Both the position numbers and the translations under genes were made by a program. Below, one piece after another: positions 16,023-26,546 of a stretch of 64,000 nt of DNA. Source of the DNA: an uncultured Candidatus Saccharibacteria bacterium (GTDB taxonomy: Bacteria; Patescibacteriota; Saccharimonadia; Saccharimonadales; JACDBH01); NCBI GenBank assembly GCA_964644965.1, contig CAZXYN010000004.1, positions 6,190-70,189 on the forward strand. Direction: 5' to 3'. Every line of letters starts with the position of its first letter. Within the stretch, counting starts at the first letter, position 1. A model generated the notes under the pieces. It was not told where the DNA came from and searched no databases. It saw nothing but the letters and a program-made list of their open reading frames with translations.

Positions 16023-18050
16023 CTAGTAATAATACCAGCGCGAAATGCCAGCAGTATCGGTAGTATCTATGATTTTCCGCGGCTCCCCGCCCTGAATATT
16101 CATAACGTAATCTGCCGTCTCGACACCGTCGGCCACGCGATAGACAATGTAGTTCTTGTTGAGCCAGTACAGTGGCATCTTGAGCCCGCCGCGCTCGACA
16201 AGCATCTTTTCCTCACCCTGATCATTGTCTCTGGCAATCAGCACACCTTTGCCGTCTCGGTCATCAACCCATAGGCTGAATGTTTTGTCCTGATTGTCTA
16301 AGTACATGTGGTTTGTCTGTGATGCTGGTGGGCTTGTTTCGGCAGCCAGTGGCGAGCCGATTACGAACTCGTACCACTTGTCGTTGTCGCCAGCGAAGTA
16401 CAGAGTGTCGTATGAGCTTCTGATGATTGAATAGACCTCTTTGTCTAGGATTGTTTGGATATTTGAGCCATCTGGATCGCTAACATACATAGCGGCATTG
16501 ACCTCCTGAAAGACATTTGACGGTGCATAATAGACGCGGTCGTTGGCCATCATGACATCATTGAATGAGTTTGAGCCAGCCAGCTCCTTGGTGTCTGAAT
16601 GATCCTCGTTATTGAAGCTCATCAGGCGGTGGCGCTTGGGATCGGTACCGCTGGCACCAGCAGCTATCTTTACATAAATCAGCCGGCCTGATCTTGACCA
16701 ACCTACTACTTGAATCTGCTCTGATTGGTCTATGCGCACCAAATCACCGTTGTCTGTGTCTAGGATGTAGAGGGTACTGAGCAAATAGCCGCTTTGGTTG
16801 CGAGTATTTTCACGGGTGGCTACGTAAGCAGCGAAGTTTTTGCTAGGATGAGGTACTAGAGCTATATCATCACGTTCGTAGCCAGAGCCACCGACAATTC
16901 GACGTTCGTTTTTGCCATCTACGTCTACGGTGTAGACATCATATTTGCCAGATCGTTTTGAGACAAAGGTGTGTTTGCGGGCTGGCACCATTTCGATGCT
17001 CTGTGTCTCCTTGTTATTGACTGTAATATTGATGGTTTCGTTACGGTAGTCAGCAGCGGTGATGGCAACACTAACCTGAGCGCTGTCATCGAGTTCGGCT
17101 GTATCAAGAGCTAGAACAAGCTTGCCGTCTTCGTCTGAGCTGGCGTTTCCTTCGCCCGAGGTGGCTTCTGCCTTGGCAATTGGCTTGCCGCTAAAGGCAT
17201 CACGAATCAAGAATGTGTACTGCGAGCCGACTGGTGTCACCTGGTACTCGCCCAGCGGATTGCTGCCCCAGCCGACAGTAATTGTACGATCCTGTGATGC
17301 AAAGGCACGTTTTTCGATACGCAGGGTTGTCTCGCCTAGGCGAACCTTTTGGAGCCGAGCGACGCCTGCGCTATCTGTTTGAGCTGAGGCATTAGCGGCC
17401 GTAACTTTGACGTTTTTGAGTGGCTGCAAGGTGCTGCTATCTAGTACTGTCAGTTCGATGGTTGAGCGGACTTGAGCGGTGTTAAGAATAAAGTAGCGAG
17501 TCGTTGGAATCAAGGCTAGAGCTAGCATCAGCGCCGTGGCGCCACCCAAGATTCCCCAGCGACTCTTTGGGTTGCGCCAGAGTTTTCTGATAAATAGGCT
17601 TATTTCGCTCTCTGGGTTTTTTGTTTTTCCAGCTGAGTGTTTGGTAGATTGCTCGTCAGGTTCGTCAATATCTAGCTCTTCTTCAACCATGATATCGTCT
17701 ATAACTTCGTCGACTTCTGCGTCATCGGCTTCGCCTTTTACCTCTGGTGCTGGCTGCTCCTCAACTACAGGGTTCTCGGTAGACTCAATCACCGGGTCAG
17801 TTTCTATCTCTAGCGCCACGCCGGTTACTGGTTCAACTACCTCCTCTATCGGCAGTTCGGGCGCATCTGGTATTTCGGATGTTTCGGAAAGTGCAGTGTT
17901 ATTTGAAACTTCGGCTGCTTCTTCTTCGATATCATTTACGACATCGTCGCTCAAAATATCATCAGAATTGTCAAAAGATATCTGCTCATCAGCCGCCGAG
18001 ACGCCGTCTTTGGAGTCAGAAAATTTAGAAGAGTCTTTTGAACTGCTCAT
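16023..18050 (-). CDS. Membrane-anchored protein with an acidic N-terminal tail, a CarboxypepD_reg-like domain and a TolB/PD40-like beta-propeller
   Basis: The N-terminus is rich in D and E, followed by one TM segment. PD40-like blades are visible (SGKYDVYTVDVDGKNERRI, SGRLIYV...). Confidence 0.65.
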   Translation of the reverse strand: MSSSKDSSKFSDSKDGVSAADEQISFDNSDDILSDDVVNDIEEEAAEVSNNTALSETSEIPDAPELPIEEVVEPVTGVALEIETDPVIESTENPVVEEQPAPEVKGEADDAEVDEVIDDIMVEEELDIDEPDEQSTKHSAGKTKNPESEISLFIRKLWRNPKSRWGILGGATALMLALALIPTTRYFILNTAQVRSTIELTVLDSSTLQPLKNVKVTAANASAQTDSAGVARLQKVRLGETTLRIEKRAFASQDRTITVGWGSNPLGEYQVTPVGSQYTFLIRDAFSGKPIAKAEATSGEGNASSDEDGKLVLALDTAELDDSAQVSVAITAADYRNETINITVNNKETQSIEMVPARKHTFVSKRSGKYDVYTVDVDGKNERRIVGGSGYERDDIALVPHPSKNFAAYVATRENTRNQSGYLLSTLYILDTDNGDLVRIDQSEQIQVVGWSRSGRLIYVKIAAGASGTDPKRHRLMSFNNEDHSDTKELAGSNSFNDVMMANDRVYYAPSNVFQEVNAAMYVSDPDGSNIQTILDKEVYSIIRSSYDTLYFAGDNDKWYEFVIGSPLAAETSPPASQTNHMYLDNQDKTFSLWVDDRDGKGVLIARDNDQGEEKMLVERGGLKMPLYWLNKNYIVYRVADGVETADYVMNIQGGEPRKIIDTTDTAGISRWYYY

Positions 18051-18095
18051 ATCTGTATAAGCATAACAGAAAAGCGCCTAAACCTGTACCTGTTG

Positions 18096-18536
18096 CTAGC
18101 GCTTCTTTTTGGTAGTTTTCTTGCGTCGTTGGTTTGGTGCTGATTTCTTTTTGGTGGTTTTGCGAGCCGATGATTTGCTAGTTGTCTTGGCTTTTTTGGC
18201 AGTTGTTGCAGTTTTGGCTGCTGGTTTTGGTGCAGGCCTGCTTTCTTCTTCTACGGTTTCTTTCAAGAGTTTGAATAATAACCAGCCGCCAATTGCGATG
18301 ACTACGACTATGATTCCAATCCACAGAGTTGATAGGCCATCGGCAGCTACTGTCGCAACGCCTTCTGCTGGCTGACCGGTTTCCTGAACACTCAATGATT
18401 CGGTTTGCTCATTGAGCGCTTCTGATGGTGCTGTAGATTGAAAATCGGCTGCGTTAGATGCGCCTTCTGTAGAGGTTGCTCCTTGAGGGTTTGATGTTGG
18501 TATTGTTGATTGTGTGCGATTAAGTTCGTTGTCCAA
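18096..18536 (-). CDS. Hypothetical single-pass membrane protein with a Lys-rich cytoplasmic tail
   Basis: This is a 146-aa ORF with the TM segment LWIGIIVVVIAIGGWLLF and a KKTTKKKR tail. The start codon is TTG. Confidence 0.5.
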   Translation of the reverse strand: MDNELNRTQSTIPTSNPQGATSTEGASNAADFQSTAPSEALNEQTESLSVQETGQPAEGVATVAADGLSTLWIGIIVVVIAIGGWLLFKLLKETVEEESRPAPKPAAKTATTAKKAKTTSKSSARKTTKKKSAPNQRRKKTTKKKR

Positions 18537-18589
18537 AGCTAAAACCTTTTTCGTTTGTTTACTGATTGCTTACGCTTATGCTAACACAT

Positions 18590-19006
18590 TTAGTCGGTGA
18601 CTGTCAGCATACCAGTGTGCAAGTGGTTGAGGTGATCGTGGAAACCCCATTCTCCTGCGGTAGTCACATTCAACTGTAGGCTTTCGCCTGGCTCGATTGT
18701 GTCAGCATTTAGCTCCGGGTTGTCCTGGTGAGTTGGATGGCTATCTGATGAGAATTGAAGATCGTCACTGCTGTCATTTCGAACGGTGATTGTACCACCT
18801 ACGCTAACCGTGTAATCGCTTGGTTCAAATCCTGAATCAGTGTAGACAATTATTGTTTCGCTAGCTGCTGGCTCTTGACTTGTTACTGTCTCTTGTTGCG
18901 GCGGCAAATCTTCTGTCTCTGTAGAGTCAGATGTCATATTGACTATCAGAACTACCATAGTAGCTATAACCATAATTCCAAGTAGCCCTAGTAATAATTT
19001 TTTCAT
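18590..19006 (-). CDS. Secreted cupredoxin-fold-like protein
   Basis: The likely start is the ATG at 19006 (MKKLLLGLLG...), which forms an ATGA overlap with the upstream stop. The region TITVRNDSSDDLQF...GEWGFHDHLNHLHTGMLTV resembles a cupredoxin, but no Cys ligand is present. Confidence 0.55.
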   Translation of the reverse strand: MKKLLLGLLGIMVIATMVVLIVNMTSDSTETEDLPPQQETVTSQEPAASETIIVYTDSGFEPSDYTVSVGGTITVRNDSSDDLQFSSDSHPTHQDNPELNADTIEPGESLQLNVTTAGEWGFHDHLNHLHTGMLTVTD

Positions 19007-19650
19007 GATGTTTTCTTGCCTCCGTTTAGTCTTAGCCAATAAATCACCGCGATACTTGTAAGCAAGCTAATTGTATAGAAGATCCAAATGGTTTGAAACC
19101 AGCCGCTCTGCAAATGTGTGCCGAGCTGGAAGCCGTGGATGATAATTGCGAACATTGCTACGTCGCTGGCGTAGCCAATAAATTTCCACCAAGATTTATC
19201 CGAGAACCAGTGGCGCAGCTCAAAAAGCAAGAAAACAATTAAGCTCAGTGTGCCTAGCATTGCCGCCCAAGCCAGACTAGGAGCAACGTAATTTTCTAGA
19301 TAGCTATCTGGTGGCAAACCAAAACCATCGCTCCAAAGTTGAACTATAAGTAGACCAGGATGCATCAAAATTAATACGAGCACAACAATGCTCGTAAGCT
19401 CAAAATATCGAGCGCTGACTGCACTAGGCAGACCCGAAAGTCCTCGGAGTGCCGCTACAATGTAATGCCCCCACATTAGCCCAAATGCAACCAAACCAAA
19501 CAGCGGGAATAATCTGTATGCGCCGAGCCGTGAAAAGTTCCAGTCTAGATACTGTGCCCAGACCACAAATGACAGTGTGGTGGTTATTATACCGAGTCCC
19601 CAGGCAATTATCTGGAGTGTCTTGGCATCAAGCTGCAAGTGCTTTTTCAT
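19003..19650 (-). CDS. Polytopic membrane protein (6 TM segments with conserved His residues; possibly a haem-binding or ferric-reductase-like TM domain)
   Basis: The hydropathy pattern supports 6 TM segments, with His residues in TM2 and TM5. It is coupled to the cupredoxin-like gene. The functional guess is weak. Confidence 0.55.
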   Translation of the reverse strand: MKKHLQLDAKTLQIIAWGLGIITTTLSFVVWAQYLDWNFSRLGAYRLFPLFGLVAFGLMWGHYIVAALRGLSGLPSAVSARYFELTSIVVLVLILMHPGLLIVQLWSDGFGLPPDSYLENYVAPSLAWAAMLGTLSLIVFLLFELRHWFSDKSWWKFIGYASDVAMFAIIIHGFQLGTHLQSGWFQTIWIFYTISLLTSIAVIYWLRLNGGKKTS

Positions 19651-19655
19651 AGCCC

Positions 19656-20285
19656 TTAGGTAATTGCCTGGATGGCAGCCATGACTTCTCGTGCGATAAA
19701 GCTATGCCCTGCATCATTAGGATGCAAGCCATCCGCTAGCATATTTTTGCTTGTTGTACGTCTTAGGAATTCATCATGAATTGGCACAAAAGGTACTTGT
19801 TTGTTCTCGGCTGATTGTTTGATGGTGTCTTCGAATAGGTTTATACGGTTGTTTTTCCACTGTTTACCGCTAGAGCTGTAAACCCATGGGTCGGTCTCTG
19901 ATTCTTTGACAGCCGTTAGACCTACGCAAATAACCCGCGGTGATATCTTGAGCGCCATGTCAATGACGTCATCATAGACCTCCTGAAAATCATAGACCTC
20001 TGTAGTAACACGGTTTTTTCTAAGAATTGCGTCGTTGATGCCTACGGCAATTACGATACACTCGTCGTCGTCAGAAACTCGCCTGGTTTCGATTTCTGAA
20101 TTTAGCCGATCGCGAACACCAAAGACAGTGTCGCCAGCGATACCGAGGTTATAAACCGACGTCCAGGGACTGCTTAGATTGGCTAGGGCAATCCTCTTGT
20201 AGGTAGTAGCGATGTGATTTACCCAACCGCCTTTGCTATCAAAATACCCATGAGCAATGCTATCACCGAAAACCAAAATCCTCAT
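19656..20285 (-). CDS. SGNH/GDSL hydrolase
   Basis: The motifs are ILVFGDSIAHGY (block I) and ADGLHPNDAGH (block V). Confidence 0.8.
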   Translation of the reverse strand: MRILVFGDSIAHGYFDSKGGWVNHIATTYKRIALANLSSPWTSVYNLGIAGDTVFGVRDRLNSEIETRRVSDDDECIVIAVGINDAILRKNRVTTEVYDFQEVYDDVIDMALKISPRVICVGLTAVKESETDPWVYSSSGKQWKNNRINLFEDTIKQSAENKQVPFVPIHDEFLRRTTSKNMLADGLHPNDAGHSFIAREVMAAIQAIT

Positions 20286-20304
20286 ACTACTAGTTTAGCA
20301 GAGA

Positions 20305-22071
20305 TTATGATTCTTCGACTTCGAGCTTGATGCTCAGATCCTTGAGCAGTGATTCTTCTGGCACAGATGGTGAGTTCATCATCAGATCGACGCCAGAGCC
20401 ATTCTTTGGGAATGCCACAACTTCACGGATGTTATCCTCGCCAGTTAGAACCATGAATAATCTGTCTAGACCGAACGCACAGCCGGCGTGTGGCGGTGCA
20501 CCAAACTTGAAAGCCTGCAGCATAGCACCGAACTTTTCTTCTACATATTCTTTATCAAAACCGAGTGTGTTAAATACTTCGTACATGACATCCGGATTGT
20601 GGTTTCTCACCGCACCAGAACAGATCTCGTAGCCGTTTGCTACCATGTCGTACTGGTCAGCCATGATTGACAGCTTGTCCTCACTATTTAGCGATTCTAG
20701 ACCGCCTTTTGGCATAGAAAATGGGTTGTGCCCAAAATCAAGCTTGTTAGCTTTCTCATCCCACTCGTAAAACGGAAAATCAACAATCCAAGCCAAGGCG
20801 ACTTGCTCAGGATCCTTGAGTTCAAAATGGTCAGCGAACTCGCTCCTAAGACGACCTAGGACTTTGTTGGCAATTGGTCGCTTGTCGGCCGCAAAGAAGA
20901 TTCCATCGCCATCCTGCGCACCATTTTTGTGCAGTATCGTCTGAAGCTCTTCCCGGCTAAAGAATTTGGTAATTGGTGATTGTGCCTGGCCGCCTTCAAC
21001 CATGATATAAGCTAGCCCGCCAGCACCTTCTTGCTTGGCAATCTCTGTAAATGTATCTATTTGGGAACGACTTAATGACGAAGCGCCTTTGACGCAGATT
21101 GTCTTAACGCTTCCGCCAGATTCAATTGCACCAGAAAACACCCCAAAGCCGCAGCCCCGAAGCTCGTCAGTCAGGTCAACCAGCTCCATTCCAAAACGAA
21201 GGTCGGGCTTGTCAGAACCAAATCGATCCATCGCTTCCTGATAAGTAATGCGTGGAACCTCTTCTGAAACCAATTGTTTGCCGCCAAAATTCTTGACCAA
21301 ATCAACAATCAGCGGTTCCATCGTACGCCTAACCTCTTCGCCGTCTTCTACAAAAGACATTTCTAGATCAAGCTGATAAAAGTCGCCGTACAGGCGGTCT
21401 GCCCGCGGGTCTTCGTCGCGGAAACAAGTTGCAATCTGATAGTAGCGATGTACGCCGCCCACCATCAGCAGCTGCTTGAATTGTTGTGGAGCCTGGGGCA
21501 AGGCATATACCAAACCAGGATGCACCCGTGAAGGCACCACAAAGTCACGAGCACCCTCCGGGCTAGAATTGGCTAGAATTGGCGTAGTAACTTCGGTAAA
21601 ATCTTGTTCGCTCATAAACTGGCGAATCTCTGCGTAGTAATCAGCTCGTTTCTTAAGTGTCTGCTGCATTTTTGGACGACGCAGGTCTAAGTAGCGATAA
21701 CGAAGGCGGTTTTCTTCACTAATGTTCTGACTAGTATTTACCTGGATTGGCAATGGTTCTGACCGGTTCAAAATTTCCAGCTCAGTCACAACAAGCTCTA
21801 CCGAACCGGTTTCGATATTCGGGTTTTTGAGGTGTTCTTCACGCTGCTTTAGCTCACCACTGGCTCTGATAACAAATTCATCACGTAATTCTTGGCCGAT
21901 TCCAAAAGCCGCCTCAGATTCTGGATGAATTGTTAGCTGCAAAATACCAGCGTGATCGCGAATATCAATAAAAATCACACCGCCATGATCGCGGCGTGCA
22001 TGAACCCAGCCACTGACAGATATGGTTTGGTTAACTTGGTTTGGTGCATCGGTTGTAAAAACACGGTTCAT
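20305..22071 (-). CDS. aspS: Aspartate--tRNA ligase
   Basis: This 588-aa protein carries the class II motifs FRDEDPRADR and GAPPHAGCAFGLDRL. Confidence 0.95.
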   Translation of the reverse strand: MNRVFTTDAPNQVNQTISVSGWVHARRDHGGVIFIDIRDHAGILQLTIHPESEAAFGIGQELRDEFVIRASGELKQREEHLKNPNIETGSVELVVTELEILNRSEPLPIQVNTSQNISEENRLRYRYLDLRRPKMQQTLKKRADYYAEIRQFMSEQDFTEVTTPILANSSPEGARDFVVPSRVHPGLVYALPQAPQQFKQLLMVGGVHRYYQIATCFRDEDPRADRLYGDFYQLDLEMSFVEDGEEVRRTMEPLIVDLVKNFGGKQLVSEEVPRITYQEAMDRFGSDKPDLRFGMELVDLTDELRGCGFGVFSGAIESGGSVKTICVKGASSLSRSQIDTFTEIAKQEGAGGLAYIMVEGGQAQSPITKFFSREELQTILHKNGAQDGDGIFFAADKRPIANKVLGRLRSEFADHFELKDPEQVALAWIVDFPFYEWDEKANKLDFGHNPFSMPKGGLESLNSEDKLSIMADQYDMVANGYEICSGAVRNHNPDVMYEVFNTLGFDKEYVEEKFGAMLQAFKFGAPPHAGCAFGLDRLFMVLTGEDNIREVVAFPKNGSGVDLMMNSPSVPEESLLKDLSIKLEVEES

Positions 22072-22118
22072 ACAGGGGTAATTCTATCACACCACCGCTG
22101 ATTTCATAAGTTTTCGAG

Positions 22119-23126
22119 TTAGTCGGCGATTTTCATTTGCTTGCGCACAACTTTGGCGCGAGCCTCGGCGACATCGCGCATACTGTCATATTTGTCGAAT
22201 TCGTCTATGATTGGTTTGCCGAGGACTTGCTCAACAACGTCTTCTATCGTCACCAGGCCAGTTATCTCGGCAAAGCTGTTTACGACCAAGAAAAGATGCT
22301 GTTTGGTGCGAATGAACGCCTGCAGGACGTGATCAAGCTCGCGGTCTTCGTTCACGAAATGTATTGGCTTATGCATTAATTCTGACACGCGTGAATGACT
22401 TTTTACATCTATTAAATCTTTGATATATAGAATTCCTACCGCCTTATCGCCATCAGACATAAATACCGGGAAGCGAGAATGGCCGCTTTTGTGTAGCTCA
22501 TCAAGCAACACCGGACTGAGAACATCGTCATCACGAACACTTTTGACTACACTGCGAGGCGTCATGATATCGTGAACTGATTTGTCACCAAAAGTCAGGG
22601 CGTGTTTGACGATTCTGAGCTCTTCGCTGGATAAATCAGTATCCGTAACCTGAACAGCTCCTATCATATGAGACAGCTCGCTTCTGGTTATAGTAACTGG
22701 AAGTTCTGCTACAAATCTATCAAACACTCTACCCAGTGGTAGCATGACGAATTTCAGCTGATGAGCAACAAATAGTAATACGGTTGAAGTATTGGCGAGC
22801 AGCCACGTACCGACAGGACGCAGATATAACTCACCGAGCACAATAAAGGCCACAAATAGAATTGTTGCGCCCAGCAGCCAAGCCAAAACTCCCCAGAGTA
22901 TGTAAGCCAGTAAAACTAACGAGCCACTGACAGCTAGTGACCGGAATAACTCGATTGTTAGAAGTACAGCCGAACCACGAGCCTTAAGTGGATAGAGCTT
23001 CTTCGATACCGCATCACCTTTGCGTGCCCAATATCGCAGGTGCGAAGTCGATAAACTCTTTAGACTCAATGACATTGCAGTAAGTAGGATGGACAGAATC
23101 ATCCCGATAAGCAGTAGAAGTATCAT
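22119..23126 (-). CDS. CNNM (DUF21) and CBS-pair membrane protein (HlyC/CorC-type)
   Basis: It has an N-terminal 4-TM domain followed by tandem CBS motifs (VHDIMTPR..., ITGLVTIEDVVEQV). Confidence 0.8.
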   Translation of the reverse strand: MILLLLIGMILSILLTAMSLSLKSLSTSHLRYWARKGDAVSKKLYPLKARGSAVLLTIELFRSLAVSGSLVLLAYILWGVLAWLLGATILFVAFIVLGELYLRPVGTWLLANTSTVLLFVAHQLKFVMLPLGRVFDRFVAELPVTITRSELSHMIGAVQVTDTDLSSEELRIVKHALTFGDKSVHDIMTPRSVVKSVRDDDVLSPVLLDELHKSGHSRFPVFMSDGDKAVGILYIKDLIDVKSHSRVSELMHKPIHFVNEDRELDHVLQAFIRTKQHLFLVVNSFAEITGLVTIEDVVEQVLGKPIIDEFDKYDSMRDVAEARAKVVRKQMKIAD

Positions 23127-23232
23127 AAAAATATTGTATCACCTGTATTAAGTGAAACCTGCAAGTTATAGAACTGTAGCCAAAAATTCGGTATTATATA
23201 AGCACAGATAAATATACTGGAGAGGGAGCTAA

Positions 23233-23934
23233 ATGAATCTTAAGACTATACTAATTGCCGTTGGCTTAATTCTGGGTGTTGTTAGCTTTTTAATCTTTAC
23301 CAAGCCAGCTGACAATACAACCACCGCTACTCCATCTGAACATACTGTTGGCGCTGGGACTAGCGGTGTCACTTTGGTAGAATATGGCGATTTCCAATGC
23401 CCTGCTTGTGGGCAATACTTCCCTATTTTGCAGCAGGTCAAACAAAAGTACGGCGATGAAATAACCTTCCAATTCCGCCACTTTCCGCTTGAGACTATTC
23501 ACACCAATGCCCGGGCTGCATCACGTGCTGCCGAAGCCGCGGGACTCCAAGGTAAGTTCTGGGAAATGCATGACCATCTATTTGCCTATCAGTCCGAGTG
23601 GTCAGGTACAAACGACCCAATCAGTGTATTCGAGAACTATGCACGTACAATTGGCGTAGAAGACATCGACAAGTTCAGTGAAGATTATCGAAGTTCCACA
23701 GTTAATGAGATTATCAACGCCGACCTTCAGGCTGGGAGAGATTTGGGTGCCCAATCAACACCTACTTTCATCCTAAACGGCAAATTGTTAAACCCAAGCC
23801 CAAGCGCTTCGGTTGAGGCTTTCTCGGCTATTATTGATGAGGCAATCGCCGGCATGAATGATGGAGATCAGTCGGGTGACTCTGGCGACACTCAACCAGC
23901 TGATGACACTGCAACAAAACCAGAAGAGGAATAA
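23233..23934 (+). CDS. DsbA-family thiol:disulfide oxidoreductase, membrane-anchored
   Basis: The protein has an N-terminal TM segment. The active site is YGDFQCPACGQYFP, a CxxC motif. Confidence 0.8.
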   Translation: MNLKTILIAVGLILGVVSFLIFTKPADNTTTATPSEHTVGAGTSGVTLVEYGDFQCPACGQYFPILQQVKQKYGDEITFQFRHFPLETIHTNARAASRAAEAAGLQGKFWEMHDHLFAYQSEWSGTNDPISVFENYARTIGVEDIDKFSEDYRSSTVNEIINADLQAGRDLGAQSTPTFILNGKLLNPSPSASVEAFSAIIDEAIAGMNDGDQSGDSGDTQPADDTATKPEEE

Positions 23935-23939
23935 ACAAC

Positions 23940-23965
23940 AAAAAGCCAATCTATTTGGCTTTTTA
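23940..23965. terminator. Intrinsic terminator
   Basis: The sequence AAAAAGCCAAtctatTTGGCTTTTT lies 6 nt after the DsbA-like stop. Confidence 0.7.
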
Positions 23966-24273
23966 GAATCTGTTTACATCTGCCCGTGCAATTAGCACGC
24001 CTTCCTCTCACACTAGAGGGGCTTAGTAATTGATAAATTGTTGCCAGGGCGCCCGTTTGACACGCACCTGAACGCTGGTTGGTCGAGTTTTCACGACCTT
24101 GACCTTGATTGGCATGATATTAACCTTAACTATGCGACAACCATCCCTAAAAGATCTCGTTTCTTTCTAGCGATGAATTGTTTTTAAATTTTTGTTTTCC
24201 ATTGCAGCTCGCACCTGCTATTGGATACGTTATTACTATAGACCACGCTTGTGCTTATTGCAAATATTTTTGG

Positions 24274-24774
24274 TTACTTTTTTGGCTTTTTATCACCATG
24301 TTCACCAAATGGGTTGAATCTGTTAGCAAACTCTGCGGCGGCTTGTTCGCCAGGAATGCTGCGGCGTTTGGTAAGTGAATGCTGAACGCTTGCTTGGACT
24401 TTTTGGATAAGAGCGCTGTTCTCCTCTGTTTTTGGTATACGGCTAAACTCGGCTGCCAGCGCCTCAAGCTCGATATCACTGAGCTGCTCAACATCTATGA
24501 ACGTATGCCGAGCCTTAGTCACCCGGAGCAGTTCATCGAGTTTGAGCTGCATAGCCCGACCGTCTCTGTTCTGAGTACTCTGGATCAAGAACACCATCAA
24601 AAAAGTGACTATGGTTGTACCGGTGTTAATTATCAGCTGCCAAGTATCAGAAAAATCAAACAACGGTCCAGAGATCGCCCATATACCAATAACCAAAAAG
24701 GCCAGGCAAAATGCCCAGGCGCTGCCGGCGATATTTGATACGCTGGTAGCAATTTTTCGAAATCTCTCTTTCAT
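24274..24774 (-). CDS. Low-affinity iron permease family protein
   Basis: The sequence FSDTWQLIINTGTTIVTFLMVFLIQSTQNRDGRAMQLKLDELL matches my recollection of this family. Confidence 0.7.
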   Translation of the reverse strand: MKERFRKIATSVSNIAGSAWAFCLAFLVIGIWAISGPLFDFSDTWQLIINTGTTIVTFLMVFLIQSTQNRDGRAMQLKLDELLRVTKARHTFIDVEQLSDIELEALAAEFSRIPKTEENSALIQKVQASVQHSLTKRRSIPGEQAAAEFANRFNPFGEHGDKKPKK

Positions 24775-24851
24775 AGCCGCTTTGACCTCCAGGGCATATA
24801 GCTTATGCTATTAACAATACTACATGCAGACGATATTAAGGAACTACTAAG

Positions 24852-26546
24852 ATGCATCATATGTTCGAGGAGCTGACACTAGTCATTGTTATCGCTGTTG
24901 CGGTCAGTCTTGTCATGCGTTCGCTCAAGCAACCACTTATGATCGGACATATCATTACCGGTATTCTGGTAGGTCCAGCCGTTTTTGGGCTAGTTACTTC
25001 TACAGAAACCATCGAGATATTTGCTGAGTTTGGTATCGCCCTCCTATTGTTTATCATCGGTCTGGGGCTCAACTTGCGGGTCATCAAGGACATCGGGAAG
25101 GTCGCCCTGTTTGCTAGTCTAGCTCAAGTCTTGTTTGTTGGTGGCGCAGCCTACGCTGCCGCCATAGTTATCGGCTACCCGCCGACTGTGGCGTTCTACA
25201 TCGCCCTTGCTTTGTCGCTGTCTAGCACGATTATCGTACTCAAACTGTTATCTGATAAGAAAGAGCAGTCTCGCCTGTATGCCAAGGTGTCGATCGGTTT
25301 CTTGATTGTCCAAGATTTCCTGGCAACAATCGCTGTTCTATTAGTATCATCCAGTAGTTCTGGTCAGATAACCTTACAAGAATTGGTACCGCTGGTAACC
25401 AAAGGCGGCGCACTACTAGGTGGGCTGATTATCATCCGCTACCTGGTACTACCTCGGCTCAATGTAATGATAGGAAAGAGCCAGGAATTCTTGTTTCTTT
25501 TTGCTATCGGCTGGGCGCTTGGTGTCGCTGCTCTAGCAAGATCAACTGGTTTCTCGCTAGAGATTGGGGCGCTGCTGGCAGGTATTACAATTGCATCTAT
25601 GCCGTATGCCACCGAAGTTGCGTCCAGACTAAAACCACTGCGTGATTTTTTCATCGTGCTGCACTTCGTGATGCTTGGTTCGCTACTTAACCTGGCCGTA
25701 ATAGAGAGCTCCCCAGGACGAACAATACTATTCTCACTGATTGTTCTGATCGTAAATCCGATAGCAGTGCTGATTATCATGGGGCTCATGGGCTACACCA
25801 AAAAGAACAGCTTCAAGGCAGGAATCGCCATGACTCAGGTTGGTGAATTCTCGCTAATATTATTGGCGGCGGCAAATTTCTACGGCTACATCGACAACGA
25901 AGTCGTGTCATTGATTACATTTGTAGCCCTGCTAACTATTGCAGCATCGACCTACATGATTATTTACTCCGATCAGCTGTACGCCGTTTTTGAAAAATAC
26001 CTCAGATTATTTGAACGCCGCAAGGCCAAGGATGAGCACGAACGTCGCAAGCGCTACGATCTAGTGTTGTTTGGCTATCAGCGTGGTGGGCATGAGTTTT
26101 TGCCTGTTTTCCGCAAACTCGACAAGAAATTCGTGGTAGTAGATTACGATCCATCGGTGATAGATTTTCTAGAACAGCGCGATGTCGAATACATGTACGG
26201 TGACGCCACCGACGCTGATCTATTAGAAGAATTGAACCTACGCCACAGTAAACTAATAGTATCGACAATTACAGATCTGGCTACCAACAAAGGTCTAGCT
26301 GGCTGGCTCAATATCAATAACCCCTATGCAGTTTTTATCTCAACTGCTGATAGTGCCGAAGAAGCCGCCGAGCTGTACAACCAGGGCGCCTCGTACGTCA
26401 TGCTACCACACTACATCGGCTCTGAAAAAATCAGCTCATTTATAAGGCAAAGCGATCTTAAAAAATCTTCGTTCAAAGAATACCGCGAAAAACACCTGCA
26501 ATATTTGCAGACACATCAGGAATTGTTCGTAGCCGGCGAAACATAG
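24852..26546 (+). CDS. CPA2 cation:proton antiporter with a C-terminal RCK/TrkA-N domain
   Basis: About 12 TM segments are followed by a Rossmann-like VLFGYQRGGHEF domain. Confidence 0.85.
   Translation: MHHMFEELTLVIVIAVAVSLVMRSLKQPLMIGHIITGILVGPAVFGLVTSTETIEIFAEFGIALLLFIIGLGLNLRVIKDIGKVALFASLAQVLFVGGAAYAAAIVIGYPPTVAFYIALALSLSSTIIVLKLLSDKKEQSRLYAKVSIGFLIVQDFLATIAVLLVSSSSSGQITLQELVPLVTKGGALLGGLIIIRYLVLPRLNVMIGKSQEFLFLFAIGWALGVAALARSTGFSLEIGALLAGITIASMPYATEVASRLKPLRDFFIVLHFVMLGSLLNLAVIESSPGRTILFSLIVLIVNPIAVLIIMGLMGYTKKNSFKAGIAMTQVGEFSLILLAAANFYGYIDNEVVSLITFVALLTIAASTYMIIYSDQLYAVFEKYLRLFERRKAKDEHERRKRYDLVLFGYQRGGHEFLPVFRKLDKKFVVVDYDPSVIDFLEQRDVEYMYGDATDADLLEELNLRHSKLIVSTITDLATNKGLAGWLNINNPYAVFISTADSAEEAAELYNQGASYVMLPHYIGSEKISSFIRQSDLKKSSFKEYREKHLQYLQTHQELFVAGET

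Noticed and set aside
24023-24115. A 30-aa minus-strand ORF (MPIKVKVVKTRPTSVQVRVKRAPWQQFINY) in the 340-bp gap after the DsbA-like gene.
   Set aside because: It has only a weak AAGG RBS and no recognisable family, and it is very short. The evidence is insufficient to call it.
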